DNA of 64,000 bases from Ferruginibacter sp. (GCA_965249755.1 CBDFMT010000004.1:3371312-3435311); one strand, 5' to 3'; shown: positions 18,622 through 29,079, counted from the first letter of the stretch. Numbers and translations are program-made. Notes: generated by a model from the sequence alone, not told the origin.

Positions 18622-20256
18622 TCAGTAATCATTAACAGGCTGCAGGTTTTTCTTCATCACCCAGCCCTTTATGGTTTTGCCTTTGGCATCTGTAATGGCA
18701 ACGTACACAAAATCTTTTTGCTCTTCCATGGCAGTGATGGTTTCATCCCCGGGGATGATGTACACATTGCCACGGGTATGTTCATCTGGCGACGCATGGA
18801 AAAATGCCTTAGATATCACCTTGTATTCTTTTGCTGCGGCTACGGTTTTATCCACTTCTTTTTCCTGACGTTGCACAGGGTTTTGATGGGTAGTTGCAGA
18901 AGCAGTTGCGGTATTGAAAACGATACTTTTTTTCAGCTTTGGCTTTATCTTTTTAAATGGCTTCGTTACCAGCGTGGCCTGGGTATCAACAGGTTTGTTA
19001 ACCGGTGCAACCACTGCAGTTGTATCTGCCAAATGGGTTTGCGGCCGAGGGGTTAACAATGAATTGTAAGCGGTAAAACCTGCGGCACCCAACGCAATAA
19101 ACAACACCAAAAAAAACAACCCTTTGGAAACACCATTGGCTTTCGGCCTTGCCAGTGTACCAGCAGCCGCATACTGGTACTCTTCAATGGCTTTTTCTTT
19201 AGCGGCCAGTTGTGTTTGTAAATGATCAATCAGGTCATTTTTTTCTATGGATTGTGCCTCCAGTTTTTCAACCTGTTTTTTTAACTGCAGTTCATGTGTA
19301 CGGGCAACCGTTAACTGTTCTGTTGAAACGTTTACCATTTTATGTTCTTCTGCAATAATTCCATTATGAATAAATTCCTGCATTTCCATGCCATTGCGAA
19401 ACCTTTGCGATGGCTCTTTTTCAAGGCACTTCCTCATCATACTGATGAGCCAGGCCGGCACCTGCATTTCCCTGTCTTTCTTATCCTGCCCCCAATAAGA
19501 AGGAATGGCCTTGTTGCGTAATAATAGAATATCCGGCACCTGGGTTTCCATATGCGCTATCATAACTGCATTGCGGGCAACCTCGCTTTTGCCTGTTAAC
19601 GGAAACGGTACCGTGCCTGCCAGCAACTCAAATAAAATAATACCAAGGCTGTATACATCGGTTTCAAAATGCATTACACCAAGGTTTTGTTCAGGTGCCA
19701 TAAATTCAATGGCGCCTGCGTGGCGTATGCTTGTGCGCCGCTGCTCATCTGACATAATTGACAAACCAAAATCGAGCAAAATATAGTTGCCCGTACGCTG
19801 GTTAAATTTTACATTATTGCTTTTGATGTCGCCATGTTTTATATCTGCCCTATGGCAATGGGCGAGCGCATTGGATAGATGGTCCGCTACTTTTATAGTT
19901 TCCTTTATGGTGAAAACGGGGTCACTTGGCGGCGTTAGCAGTTCGCCTAAATCCGGTCCTTCTATATATTCCATTTCAATGTACGGAAGGTTGCCTGATG
20001 TGGTAATGCCCGATGCAATGATGCTTACCACATTGGGGTTAGGCGATTCATTTACCTTCTTTAATTTTTGTACTTCATTTTGAAAAGAAGAAAAATTTTT
20101 ATCGTCTTCTGTTTCACTCGCAATGGGTGTGGGCAATATTTTTATGGCCGTAATAATGTCACCGCTCCGCCTTGCTTTGTAAACAGACCCCTGCCCGCCT
20201 GATTTTAATGCACCCAGGTTTACCAATCCTTCTGTAATTGTAAAAACTTTGCCCAT
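18622..20256 (-). CDS. Hanks-type Ser/Thr protein kinase with coiled coil, TM helix and C-terminal SH3b-like domain
   Basis: SGGQGSVYKA, AIKIL, HGDIKSNN, DFGL, APEQ; TM GLFFLVLFIALGAAGF; terminal YKVISKAFFH...GWVMKKNLQP resembles a bacterial SH3. Confidence 0.9.
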   Translation of the reverse strand: MGKVFTITEGLVNLGALKSGGQGSVYKARRSGDIITAIKILPTPIASETEDDKNFSSFQNEVQKLKKVNESPNPNVVSIIASGITTSGNLPYIEMEYIEGPDLGELLTPPSDPVFTIKETIKVADHLSNALAHCHRADIKHGDIKSNNVKFNQRTGNYILLDFGLSIMSDEQRRTSIRHAGAIEFMAPEQNLGVMHFETDVYSLGIILFELLAGTVPFPLTGKSEVARNAVMIAHMETQVPDILLLRNKAIPSYWGQDKKDREMQVPAWLISMMRKCLEKEPSQRFRNGMEMQEFIHNGIIAEEHKMVNVSTEQLTVARTHELQLKKQVEKLEAQSIEKNDLIDHLQTQLAAKEKAIEEYQYAAAGTLARPKANGVSKGLFFLVLFIALGAAGFTAYNSLLTPRPQTHLADTTAVVAPVNKPVDTQATLVTKPFKKIKPKLKKSIVFNTATASATTHQNPVQRQEKEVDKTVAAAKEYKVISKAFFHASPDEHTRGNVYIIPGDETITAMEEQKDFVYVAITDAKGKTIKGWVMKKNLQPVNDY

Positions 20257-20261
20257 ATCTT

Positions 20262-21032
20262 TTAAGTACCACTGTAAGTAAATTCTAACACTGCCTGATC
20301 ACCTAAAATCACCTGGTCGCCTTCTTGCAAACGGTGGCCAACTTCAATAGCCTGCATCTTTACAGACATGCCACCGGAGGTATGTATTTTCATTTTATTA
20401 TTGGGTGGGATGCCGCCCTCATCTGCAAAAATTAAAAACGATCCGCTTGATGGCTCCCATTCAATATGTGCATGCTGCCTGCTTACGGAGCGGTTATTAT
20501 CCGCAGCACCTGCAGCAATAAATGCAATGGTATTCTTGCGCACCACGCCGCCGTTTAGCTGGACTTGTATCTCCCTGCCAATATTTATTTTTTCTTTAGA
20601 TGGCTCCAGTACATAGCTTTCTTTTTCAGCATTGCCACCCAATACTTTAATAAACCCACATGTTTTTTTGCTGATGATACCGGCCTTTCTGGTAGAGATA
20701 AAAAGGGCTGTTTTTATTTCAGCGGCCACGTAAGATTGCTCAGGAAATTTATCGGTAAAAGTGGCCTCGTATTTCCAGGATGGTGGCAAAAGAATGGCGT
20801 AATCATCAGCAATTTTTTGTACCTCGTCCCGGAACTTTTCAGGGTCGGCAGTGTACACTACAGACTCGTATAAGTATCGCTCCTGTTCTGTACAATTGAT
20901 GTACAGATATATGCCGTTAATGTTTGCACCTTCGCCACCTTGTGCCTTTTGCAACTTTTCTTTAATGAGTTGCAATAGTACATTCCTTATTTTTTTTACA
21001 TCGGCTGCCGGGGTTTTAAATAGCTTAAACAT
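20262..21032 (-). CDS. FHA-domain protein
   Basis: NIGRE ... VSRQHAHIEW ... G..LQEGDQVILG, the FHA GR / S..H core. Confidence 0.85.
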   Translation of the reverse strand: MFKLFKTPAADVKKIRNVLLQLIKEKLQKAQGGEGANINGIYLYINCTEQERYLYESVVYTADPEKFRDEVQKIADDYAILLPPSWKYEATFTDKFPEQSYVAAEIKTALFISTRKAGIISKKTCGFIKVLGGNAEKESYVLEPSKEKINIGREIQVQLNGGVVRKNTIAFIAAGAADNNRSVSRQHAHIEWEPSSGSFLIFADEGGIPPNNKMKIHTSGGMSVKMQAIEVGHRLQEGDQVILGDQAVLEFTYSGT

Positions 21033-21083
21033 GGTTGTATTTTTAAGTAGTTTATTTTTTTTCTTTTGGTAAGATGGGCTATA

Positions 21084-24000
21084 TCAATACCGTTGTTTAT
21101 TATTTTGCTGAACATCTAAATTTTGCTGTGCCAATGCCCCGGCAATCCTTTGTAATTCAGTACCATCCTCATTCTGCGGCCCATCCTTTTTCGGCGCATC
21201 AAAACTTTTAATATACTTTCTTTCAAGCAATAATGGAATGATATGGCTGCCTGCAAGCTGCACCGCTTCACTGGAACCTTTGGCCCCTTCTATGCGTATG
21301 CAGGTTACAATATGCCCTGCACCTTCGGCTTTTGGTGCAAAAAAAACATACCATCCATCATTGATAGAAATACCTTTGTATATCCTTTCAGGCGTGCCTG
21401 TTTTGCCTGCTACAAAAATGCCCAGTTTACCTTTTTTAGGGGCACTTTGTTTTTTCATGTACCTCATCAAACGCTGTGCATATATTGAATCGGCCACCAG
21501 CGCAACACCGGGCTTTGTGCTTACCGCTTTACCGTTAATATCCAGCACATATCTTTCTGGCATCATCATACCATTGTTGCTTATGCCGGCAGCAAGCCTT
21601 GCTACTGATGCAGGTGTTGCCACCAGTTCGCCCTGCCCCCACGACATACCCGAAACCCCTATTGCCCTTGTGCGGCGTATGTTGTTGGGGTTGTACCTGC
21701 GCAGGCTGGTGAACTCTGTTTTTCTCCAGAGCTCCCGCCATTTTTCCTGCTGGGCCGTATTGCCTGTTTCGTTTTCAAAATAGTAGCCACCCACCCCATG
21801 CAGGAACATACCACACTGCATATACAGCGTTGCCATCTGCTCCTGCAATTTTTCTTCGTTGGCAAGCCTGATAAAAAATGAGTTGTTGGATTTTACAATA
21901 GCTTTTTCAATATTGATCACCCCTGCTTCATCAGGCTCCGGGCCGGTAACACGGATGAGGTCTTTGGGATAAACCCTTATGGTTTTTCTTGCAGCAGCAT
22001 CGCCCAGTTTATTAAAGGCAGCCAATGCCGTAATTAATTTTGCGGTGGAGCCAGGCTGGGTGGCGTGGGTAAAACCAATGTCTGTGTTTACATTCCAGCC
22101 GGGCAAATCATTCAATTCATTTTCACCCAGGTTCAGTCGGTCCCAATCGTTTACCGGGGGCAGTGGCCACATGGCAGATGCTAATACATCACCGGTATTA
22201 TCTTCCAGGATTACCACAGAAACCCTCCTGGTATTTACACTGTCATCCTGCTGCAGGGCCAGTTGTATTTTTGTTTGCAGGGGGGCATCCATAGTGAGCT
22301 TAACATCCCGGTTGCGCTTCTTAAAATCTTCCGCTTCCTTACTGTTGATGCCCGCAATCAGCAAACCGGCCAAGGCACTGTAATCCCTTTTGGTAACCGT
22401 CATTTGTGTTTCTGCCGCAGGCTGAAATTTTTCTGGCCGGTAAGCATTTGCACTCACCTGAAATTTAATCAGCGGTGCTGGAAAACCCCTTAGTTCTGCT
22501 GCATGTGCATACTCCGCAAAGTAGCCGTTGTTGCTGCCATCAAAAACATGGGTGTTCGCATCCCCTGTCCAAAAAAACATGTGTTCCCCAAAGGGATAAT
22601 AACGGTCGGCCCTTTTATAGGCCAGCGAAGCAATATCACTTGCCGGTATACCAAATAAAGCAAGGGAATCTTTTTCATTTTGTACCTGCCTTGGGTCGCT
22701 TGTGGCAAGTATGTTTCCATTGCGGTCGGCTATATTGCCCGCCTGCAAGCGGTTCATTAAAATACTTATCCTTGGGTTATAGCTAAATAACCTTGCACCG
22801 CTGCGGTCTGCCACCAGCGCAGGTTCAGTAATCCATTTTTTGTTACGAAAGGTGTAGCCGGAAACATTTACCGATAATAAAATGATGGCCACACAGGCAG
22901 CAAGTAAGGCGGGCATCAGGTTTTTATCCTGGCGCTGCATAATGTATTTCATCTGCACTTTTGAGCCATTGATGGTGGAGACAGACAGCAGAAAACCTGC
23001 AGCAACCATACTGCACAATAATGACGTGCCGCCATAACTGGTAAAAGGCAATGCCACACCGGATAGGGGCAGTGCACCTGTTGAGCCCCCCGCTATCAGC
23101 AGGAACTGTACAAAAGTGCCGATACCAATACCGGCACATAGATAAAATAAAAATGGGGTACCGGTTTGCCTGCCGATGATAACGGAGCGGTGCAGGTAAA
23201 TAAGAAATAAAATGAAGATACAGGTAATGCCCGCCCAGCCAAACTCTTCACCTATGGCGGGCAGTATCATATCGGTATGTGCCTCGGGAATGGTTTTGGC
23301 GAAGCCTTCACCGGCGCCCTGGCCGGTTACACCGCCGCTGGAAATAGCCCAGATACCATTGGCTACCTGGTCGCCGCCAAACACCTGGTTGTTCCATGGG
23401 TTGGCCCAAATTGCTTTTCTATCTGCCAGCCTTTGTATTGGCCCTGGTATCAGCTTTGCAAGCACTGGTATTTTATCCAGCAACAAAAAACCACTTACCA
23501 CTACCAGCGCCATCACAGCAGATTCGCTGAGTTTTGTTTTGGTAAAAACCATGTATATAAAAAGTGCCGCAACGGTAACACCTGTAGCAACCCACACACT
23601 TTTAATAAGCCATGTGCAAAGTGCATAAATAATTAAGGCTGCAACCACCTGCATAAAATCGCCACGGCAAAAAGAAAATAAAATGATGAAAGTAAAACAG
23701 CAAACGATGGCCGGGCCAAGGTCGCCTAAAAGTAAAAACAAGAAAATGGCAACAAGTATGGCCGCCAACGCAAACACAAAAAAACGGAGCCTTTTATTCC
23801 AGGAAGGGTATTGCGAAATGAAGTTTTCGTTGAGTGCAAAGAAGCCTGCCAAAAAAACAATCACCAGGTATTTTACAATTTCGCTGGGCTGAAAACCAAA
23901 CAGGTTTACTTTAACCCCGCTGCCCTGCGGACCGGTACCAAACAAAATGGTAAGTGTTAGCAAACCTGTTGCAGCAAGTGCCCATGGCCATCCATTGGCA

Positions 24001-25238
24001 GCTTGCGGGTTGTTCCTGAAAATGAACATGCGGAACAAGCCTGTATCTGTAGTAAATTTTTTTAGGTTGATGAACTGCAGTATAAGAATGGCTGCCATCC
24101 CCACGCAAAAATAGAGGAAAGTGCTTTTGGCCAGGAAGCGGTCCCGTAAAGGGTCTTGCAGGCTGAACAAGGTAATAAATGAAAGCCCGGTAAGTATCAT
24201 GATCACGGGCAATATCAATTGATCTGCGCCGGGGCTGCGTAGCGAAAAAACAATATGCACCAATAAAAAGCAACAAAAAAAGGAGGTGGTAATAATCCAA
24301 AACCAACTCATTACTTCATCAGGTGAGCGCACGATAAATGCCTTTTCTTTTTTAAAAGTATTAAAATCTTTAGAAGAAAAAAGCCGGATCAAATGTGGTG
24401 ATTGGGTGAAGTTGAATGTAAGGTTACCATTTAGTTTTTCGGTGCCTTTTACCCGGCCAAATTCAAAACCAGGTTCAAGCGGCAGCACTTCATATGTTTT
24501 ACCTTCAAACAATCCGCTAAAAGAAAATGTACCCGTTGTATTTGTTCTTGCGTAAGCAAAAAAAGAAATTAAATGTTTGCCGTTGGCAGAATCTATGGCA
24601 AAAATTTTTTTAACGCCGTTCTCTAAATAGATGCTGCTATTGGTGGATAATTGTGCAGGATCAGCATCTGCCGGAGGCACCAACCTGAGCCTCAACAAAA
24701 CGCCTGCGACAGCCGCACCATCACGGTTTTTAATATTACCCGAAATAGTACCGTTGCCAAGGTTAAGGTTGTTTTGTGGATTGGCAGCAATGGGGTGTAA
24801 TTTTTCCTGGCCATAGCTGATAGAATCTGCTTCGCCAAAGCCCAACAAATTACGGGAGACGGCCACCCTGGTTTTAAATATTTTACCTCCTTTTAAAAAT
24901 GCCTCATCTGCATTTACAAAATATTTTTGTTTGTTTAGTTCACCGGCGTTGTCAATATTAATAGCGGGGTTGCCTGCCTTTTGAATAGTTGATGCAATAA
25001 AGCTAACATCCTTCGGGTCTTCAAAATACAGCCCTTTTACCAACAGGTTTTTTACCGTTGCCGAGTCACTTTTTTCATTCAGGTTTACCATGGTGCCATT
25101 TTGTAACCGGGTGTTTACTTCTGTAAAATCCCTATGCAAAACGGTATACATTTTCCAAAAAAGCATGCCCATAATAACGGCTATGCCTGCAAGGGCAAGG
25201 CGCTCAATATTTCTATTTTGGGTAGATGCGGTAACCAT
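21084..25238 (-). CDS. SEDS glycosyltransferase (RodA/FtsW) fused to class B PBP transpeptidase, with an N-terminal periplasmic Cna-B/carboxypeptidase-regulatory-like domain
   Basis: 1384 aa. SEDS motifs FQPSEIVK, DLGPA, PEAHTDMI, PFTSYGGTS. Transpeptidase motifs S-T-A-K (SxxK), S-N-N (SxN) and KTGT are all intact. Confidence 0.9.
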   Translation of the reverse strand: MVTASTQNRNIERLALAGIAVIMGMLFWKMYTVLHRDFTEVNTRLQNGTMVNLNEKSDSATVKNLLVKGLYFEDPKDVSFIASTIQKAGNPAINIDNAGELNKQKYFVNADEAFLKGGKIFKTRVAVSRNLLGFGEADSISYGQEKLHPIAANPQNNLNLGNGTISGNIKNRDGAAVAGVLLRLRLVPPADADPAQLSTNSSIYLENGVKKIFAIDSANGKHLISFFAYARTNTTGTFSFSGLFEGKTYEVLPLEPGFEFGRVKGTEKLNGNLTFNFTQSPHLIRLFSSKDFNTFKKEKAFIVRSPDEVMSWFWIITTSFFCCFLLVHIVFSLRSPGADQLILPVIMILTGLSFITLFSLQDPLRDRFLAKSTFLYFCVGMAAILILQFINLKKFTTDTGLFRMFIFRNNPQAANGWPWALAATGLLTLTILFGTGPQGSGVKVNLFGFQPSEIVKYLVIVFLAGFFALNENFISQYPSWNKRLRFFVFALAAILVAIFLFLLLGDLGPAIVCCFTFIILFSFCRGDFMQVVAALIIYALCTWLIKSVWVATGVTVAALFIYMVFTKTKLSESAVMALVVVSGFLLLDKIPVLAKLIPGPIQRLADRKAIWANPWNNQVFGGDQVANGIWAISSGGVTGQGAGEGFAKTIPEAHTDMILPAIGEEFGWAGITCIFILFLIYLHRSVIIGRQTGTPFLFYLCAGIGIGTFVQFLLIAGGSTGALPLSGVALPFTSYGGTSLLCSMVAAGFLLSVSTINGSKVQMKYIMQRQDKNLMPALLAACVAIILLSVNVSGYTFRNKKWITEPALVADRSGARLFSYNPRISILMNRLQAGNIADRNGNILATSDPRQVQNEKDSLALFGIPASDIASLAYKRADRYYPFGEHMFFWTGDANTHVFDGSNNGYFAEYAHAAELRGFPAPLIKFQVSANAYRPEKFQPAAETQMTVTKRDYSALAGLLIAGINSKEAEDFKKRNRDVKLTMDAPLQTKIQLALQQDDSVNTRRVSVVILEDNTGDVLASAMWPLPPVNDWDRLNLGENELNDLPGWNVNTDIGFTHATQPGSTAKLITALAAFNKLGDAAARKTIRVYPKDLIRVTGPEPDEAGVINIEKAIVKSNNSFFIRLANEEKLQEQMATLYMQCGMFLHGVGGYYFENETGNTAQQEKWRELWRKTEFTSLRRYNPNNIRRTRAIGVSGMSWGQGELVATPASVARLAAGISNNGMMMPERYVLDINGKAVSTKPGVALVADSIYAQRLMRYMKKQSAPKKGKLGIFVAGKTGTPERIYKGISINDGWYVFFAPKAEGAGHIVTCIRIEGAKGSSEAVQLAGSHIIPLLLERKYIKSFDAPKKDGPQNEDGTELQRIAGALAQQNLDVQQNNKQRY

Positions 25239-25244
25239 TTGTAT

Positions 25245-26642
25245 TTATCTTTTTTTAGAGGTTGTAACAGGGATAAACAGGGAGTCTTTTAAACGGCCGG
25301 ATATACTGGTATCCGGTAACAGTATCTGGTATGCCACAGGTACCCGGCAATTAATAAAGCGCACGTTTTTAAACACCACATTATTTTTTTGCACCGCAAT
25401 GGCCACAGCCAAATCTTTAAAAACTATACTATCCAACACTAGTTGTTTTACCCCATTGCCCACAATTAAAGCAGGGCCGGCCAAGGCTTGGGTACCGGTT
25501 ATTGTGGTGCCTTTTCCATTAATAACAAAACTGTCTTTGTTGATCAAAACCGGTGCAGGCAAGGTTATTAGTGCGTTCGGCTGGCTAAGTGTTAAACTTT
25601 TATCAACTCCATTAATGCTTTGTACCAACCGGCTTGCATTGGTATCCACATGTGGAAGCATAACAGCTTTTGGTATGGCTGCTTTCAATTGCTTATCCTC
25701 ATTTATTTTCAACATCAAAATATACATGAGCGATGCAGCAAGTAAAATAATCAGCGTAACGATGAGCGGTTTATGGGTGGCTGGTAAAGTTTTATTATGG
25801 GTTGTGTTACCATTTAACACAGTTGATTTGTCTTTACTATCCATGCCCTTTGTTACAGCCGGTTTTAATGCAACCCTTGCCATAGGCTGCTTGTTATTTT
25901 GTACCAGCACTGCTGTAATATTATCATTGCCACCGGCCTCGTTTGCAGCAGCTACCAACTCGGCAGCCCGTTCTGCAAGACTGGTTTTTTTTAATAATAA
26001 AGAAGTGATGGTGGTAGAAGAAAGCATATCCGAAAGCCCGTCGCTGCAAACAAGCATCGTATCACCAGGCAAAAAAGGCGACTCCCCTGTTTCGATAAAA
26101 TCAGGAGTATCTGCTATGCTTTCCTGAAAGCCAAGTGCCCTTGTAATTTCGTTGCGCCGGGGGTGGCTCATTGCATCTTCTTCTGATAAGCGGCCAGACT
26201 CTTCCAGGAAACCCACCACCGAATGGTCCCTGGATAATTTCACCAGCGACTTATCTCTCAGAAGATATAAACGGGTATCACCAACATGGGCAAAATACAA
26301 TTTATTGTTGCGGATATCAGCAATGGCACAGGTAACCACACAGGCCATCTGTTCGTTGCCACGGCCACTTTTTTTCTCTTCTAAAATTTTTTTGCTGGCA
26401 ACGGTAATGGTATTTTTAAGGGCAGCAATAATGTCTTTGCCTGCCTGAAAATAATGAAGGTCACGCAGTATAACAGACCTTGCAATGGCTGCTGCAACTT
26501 CGCCACCTTTATACCCGCCAACACCATCAATTACACAAGCTACCACAAACTCTTTCCTGCAAAATTCACGGGCAATAAACGTGTCTTCGTTTTTGTCCCT
26601 TCGTTTACCCTTGTCGGTTATGCCAATAAAATAGTCACCCAT
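25245..26642 (-). CDS. PP2C/PstP-like Ser/Thr phosphatase with TM helix and periplasmic beta-helix-like tail
   Basis: TDKGKRRDKNEDTF, IDGVGG, HVGDTRLY, DHS, RNEITRALG, CSDGLSD, GGNDNIT; TM near residue 290. Confidence 0.92.
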   Translation of the reverse strand: MGDYFIGITDKGKRRDKNEDTFIAREFCRKEFVVACVIDGVGGYKGGEVAAAIARSVILRDLHYFQAGKDIIAALKNTITVASKKILEEKKSGRGNEQMACVVTCAIADIRNNKLYFAHVGDTRLYLLRDKSLVKLSRDHSVVGFLEESGRLSEEDAMSHPRRNEITRALGFQESIADTPDFIETGESPFLPGDTMLVCSDGLSDMLSSTTITSLLLKKTSLAERAAELVAAANEAGGNDNITAVLVQNNKQPMARVALKPAVTKGMDSKDKSTVLNGNTTHNKTLPATHKPLIVTLIILLAASLMYILMLKINEDKQLKAAIPKAVMLPHVDTNASRLVQSINGVDKSLTLSQPNALITLPAPVLINKDSFVINGKGTTITGTQALAGPALIVGNGVKQLVLDSIVFKDLAVAIAVQKNNVVFKNVRFINCRVPVAYQILLPDTSISGRLKDSLFIPVTTSKKR

Positions 26643-26732
26643 TTTTATTGTGTGTTTGTTTAATTTCTGTAAAATGTGTTATCAGCAATAGTATGCTGAT
26701 GATGAGCAAGCCAGCAGCAAGTAATTTGTCCA

Positions 26733-27686
26733 TCATGATTTAAATAAATTAATGGTTACAATACCGTTCAATACAATTCTTGAGTTTACGGGAAGCTCCA
26801 CCCATTGCGGGTTTGCCCGGTCACTATTTTTAATTTCAACTTCGTTGATTATAGTTTTTTCACCAAATGAGCTTAAGTAAAACTTGTCGTCTATTTTATC
26901 AAAGCGGATAAGCAAATGCGGTGTTGATACCCACTCCGAAGGGATTTTAAAAATACCGGCCTGGCCCGATGTTTCTTCACTGCCGGACACTGTGATGAGT
27001 TCCTGCTTCATCAGATATTCCAATTTTTTGCCTGCATATTGTTTGTCAGGCAATGTAGTTTCCAGCCGGGCAAAATATTTTGCTGCGGGCTGCACGGCCC
27101 CATCTGTAACCAAGCCTGTGTTGTAGGGAATTTCATAATAGCCATCACTGTAAAAAGTAAAATCCTTCAGCAGTTCATCGGCTATATCAAAGGTTTGTGC
27201 AATGCCAGTTTGCCTGGGGATAAACGTAACCCTGATGTTATCGTCCTTTTGATGCTGTACAGAATTGCCAGGCAATAATTTACCAATAAAGCTTTTATCG
27301 CCTTGCCCGTAATCAGGATGTGACACAAAACGGAAAACCCATTTATTGGATGAAGGCGTTATTTTTTTGGCCTGTTGTTTATGCTGTTGCAGTATAGTAT
27401 AAAATGATTTTACAGCCTCCTGTATGATGAAGCCGAATATGCCTTTGTTATTATCCATAAACTTATTATAATCCGGCGGGCTAAAGCAAATAATATATTC
27501 ATGGTAAAAGATGATGCGGCCTGCAAATGAGAGTTGCGCTATCGATTCCTGAAACTTTTCGATAATAAATTTATGCACCACATCAGGTGAAAGCGTTGCC
27601 ATTGCTGCATATTCAGCTTCTTTCTTTAAAAATAAATTTTGTACGCCAATGCGTTGCCAAAAGTTAGGTGCCGTGTTGGTATGCAT
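26733..27686 (-). CDS. FhaA-like protein (DUF3662-like N-terminus, degenerate FHA C-terminus)
   Basis: RIIFYHEYIICFSPPDYNKF resembles the FhaA N-terminal R.lvPn.y.v.Lsp.Dy motif; C-terminal VSTPHLLI...TIINEV resembles FHA but lacks the canonical GR. Confidence 0.55.
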   Translation of the reverse strand: MHTNTAPNFWQRIGVQNLFLKKEAEYAAMATLSPDVVHKFIIEKFQESIAQLSFAGRIIFYHEYIICFSPPDYNKFMDNNKGIFGFIIQEAVKSFYTILQQHKQQAKKITPSSNKWVFRFVSHPDYGQGDKSFIGKLLPGNSVQHQKDDNIRVTFIPRQTGIAQTFDIADELLKDFTFYSDGYYEIPYNTGLVTDGAVQPAAKYFARLETTLPDKQYAGKKLEYLMKQELITVSGSEETSGQAGIFKIPSEWVSTPHLLIRFDKIDDKFYLSSFGEKTIINEVEIKNSDRANPQWVELPVNSRIVLNGIVTINLFKS

Positions 27687-28047
27687 GGATTTGCAGGTTT
27701 AAGCGGTTATCAATTTTTTATTATGCCGGGCTACGCAAGTGCTTACAATGCGTTAATACAATAGTCCCGTAAACAAAAAGTAATTGGTAAAATGTGAGGT
27801 AAAAATTTAAATCATGTGTGGAGATGAATGCTGAAATTAAGCCCCGAATTCTTAAGGAATTGCAAAAGCGTTTTTATAAGGATGAATAAAATGTTAAAGT
27901 AAACTACCGGCGTTTTTTAAATGTTTATGATTGCAAATAAAATGGGTAAGCAGTTGATTGAAATAGTTGCTTCTTTTTAAATCTGTAAAAACGTATAAAT
28001 TTTGAAGCGTACCAGGCAGTCGGGTTAACTGATAACGGGTAATTTTT

Positions 28048-29079
28048 TTACAGCGAAGCCCGTAAAATAAGCTTAAAAGGTATTTCAGTATGTTCTTTGG
28101 AATTGCTTAAAATTAATTGTGCAGCAGCAATGCCCATCTGATGAAAGTCGGTAGAGATGGTGGTAATGCCATTTAAAATAAATTTTTTAACGGGTGTTTC
28201 GTTGTAGGAGATTACGCCGACTTCTGTTCCGATGGCCAACCCTGAAGAGACCAGTTTTTCCAGCACTACCACCAATTCATCTTCCATTACATTTAAATAA
28301 ACCTCACCAACATTAACCTGTTCTTCTTTTATTTTATGTACCACTTTGTAGGAGAACGCATAATCCTGGCAATAATTTTTAAAGCCCCTCAAAATTTCGA
28401 CAGGGTAATAAGAATAGGAAGGAAATATTATTTTAAGGGTATGGTATTTTAAAAGATGATCAGTGGCATCTACCAAGGCACTGTAAATATCCTTCTCAAA
28501 ATTTTCATAGGCAGCGGCGTACTCCCCTGTTATACCCGGCACTACTTTATCCAGCAGTAACAACTTTTCTTTCGGGATGGTATTAATAATTTCAAACCCG
28601 TTTTCCTCCCCTTCCATAAAATGGGGAATAATAACATAGTGGGTGTAATCATTTTTATTGTTGGTGATCAGTTTTTTGAATAACAGAAAATCGTTATTGT
28701 AAATGTAAAAATCAATTATTGCATGCTCGCCCAACGTGGCCGCAAACGAATCGTAAATTGTTTTTTTGTGGGCGCTTAATTTGTTGAACAATAAAAATAT
28801 TTTCAGCGGCTGCCGTAACTCTACGTTCCTGATATAATAACCCCTTCTTGGAATTGCTTCGATAACACCAATTTGTTTTAAATGCTTATACCCTTTTTCC
28901 ACGGTATCCCTTGCTATGTCAAGGTCTAAGCTTAATTCATTTATCGATGGCATATTGTCGCCCACCTGTACATTGCCATTGGCCACCTCCCGTAAAACAG
29001 CGTTTACTATCTGCAGATATTTAGGGGTGATGGAGTGTACATCTATCTTAATCGTATCAATGGTTTGGGGTTTTTTCAT
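28048..29079 (-). CDS. GntR-family regulator with periplasmic-binding-protein-like effector domain
   Basis: PKYLQIVN...MPSINELS..LDIARDTVEKGY.HL wHTH; C-terminal VGVISYNETP...ITTISTDF. Last gene of the rha cluster. Confidence 0.85.
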   Translation of the reverse strand: MKKPQTIDTIKIDVHSITPKYLQIVNAVLREVANGNVQVGDNMPSINELSLDLDIARDTVEKGYKHLKQIGVIEAIPRRGYYIRNVELRQPLKIFLLFNKLSAHKKTIYDSFAATLGEHAIIDFYIYNNDFLLFKKLITNNKNDYTHYVIIPHFMEGEENGFEIINTIPKEKLLLLDKVVPGITGEYAAAYENFEKDIYSALVDATDHLLKYHTLKIIFPSYSYYPVEILRGFKNYCQDYAFSYKVVHKIKEEQVNVGEVYLNVMEDELVVVLEKLVSSGLAIGTEVGVISYNETPVKKFILNGITTISTDFHQMGIAAAQLILSNSKEHTEIPFKLILRASL

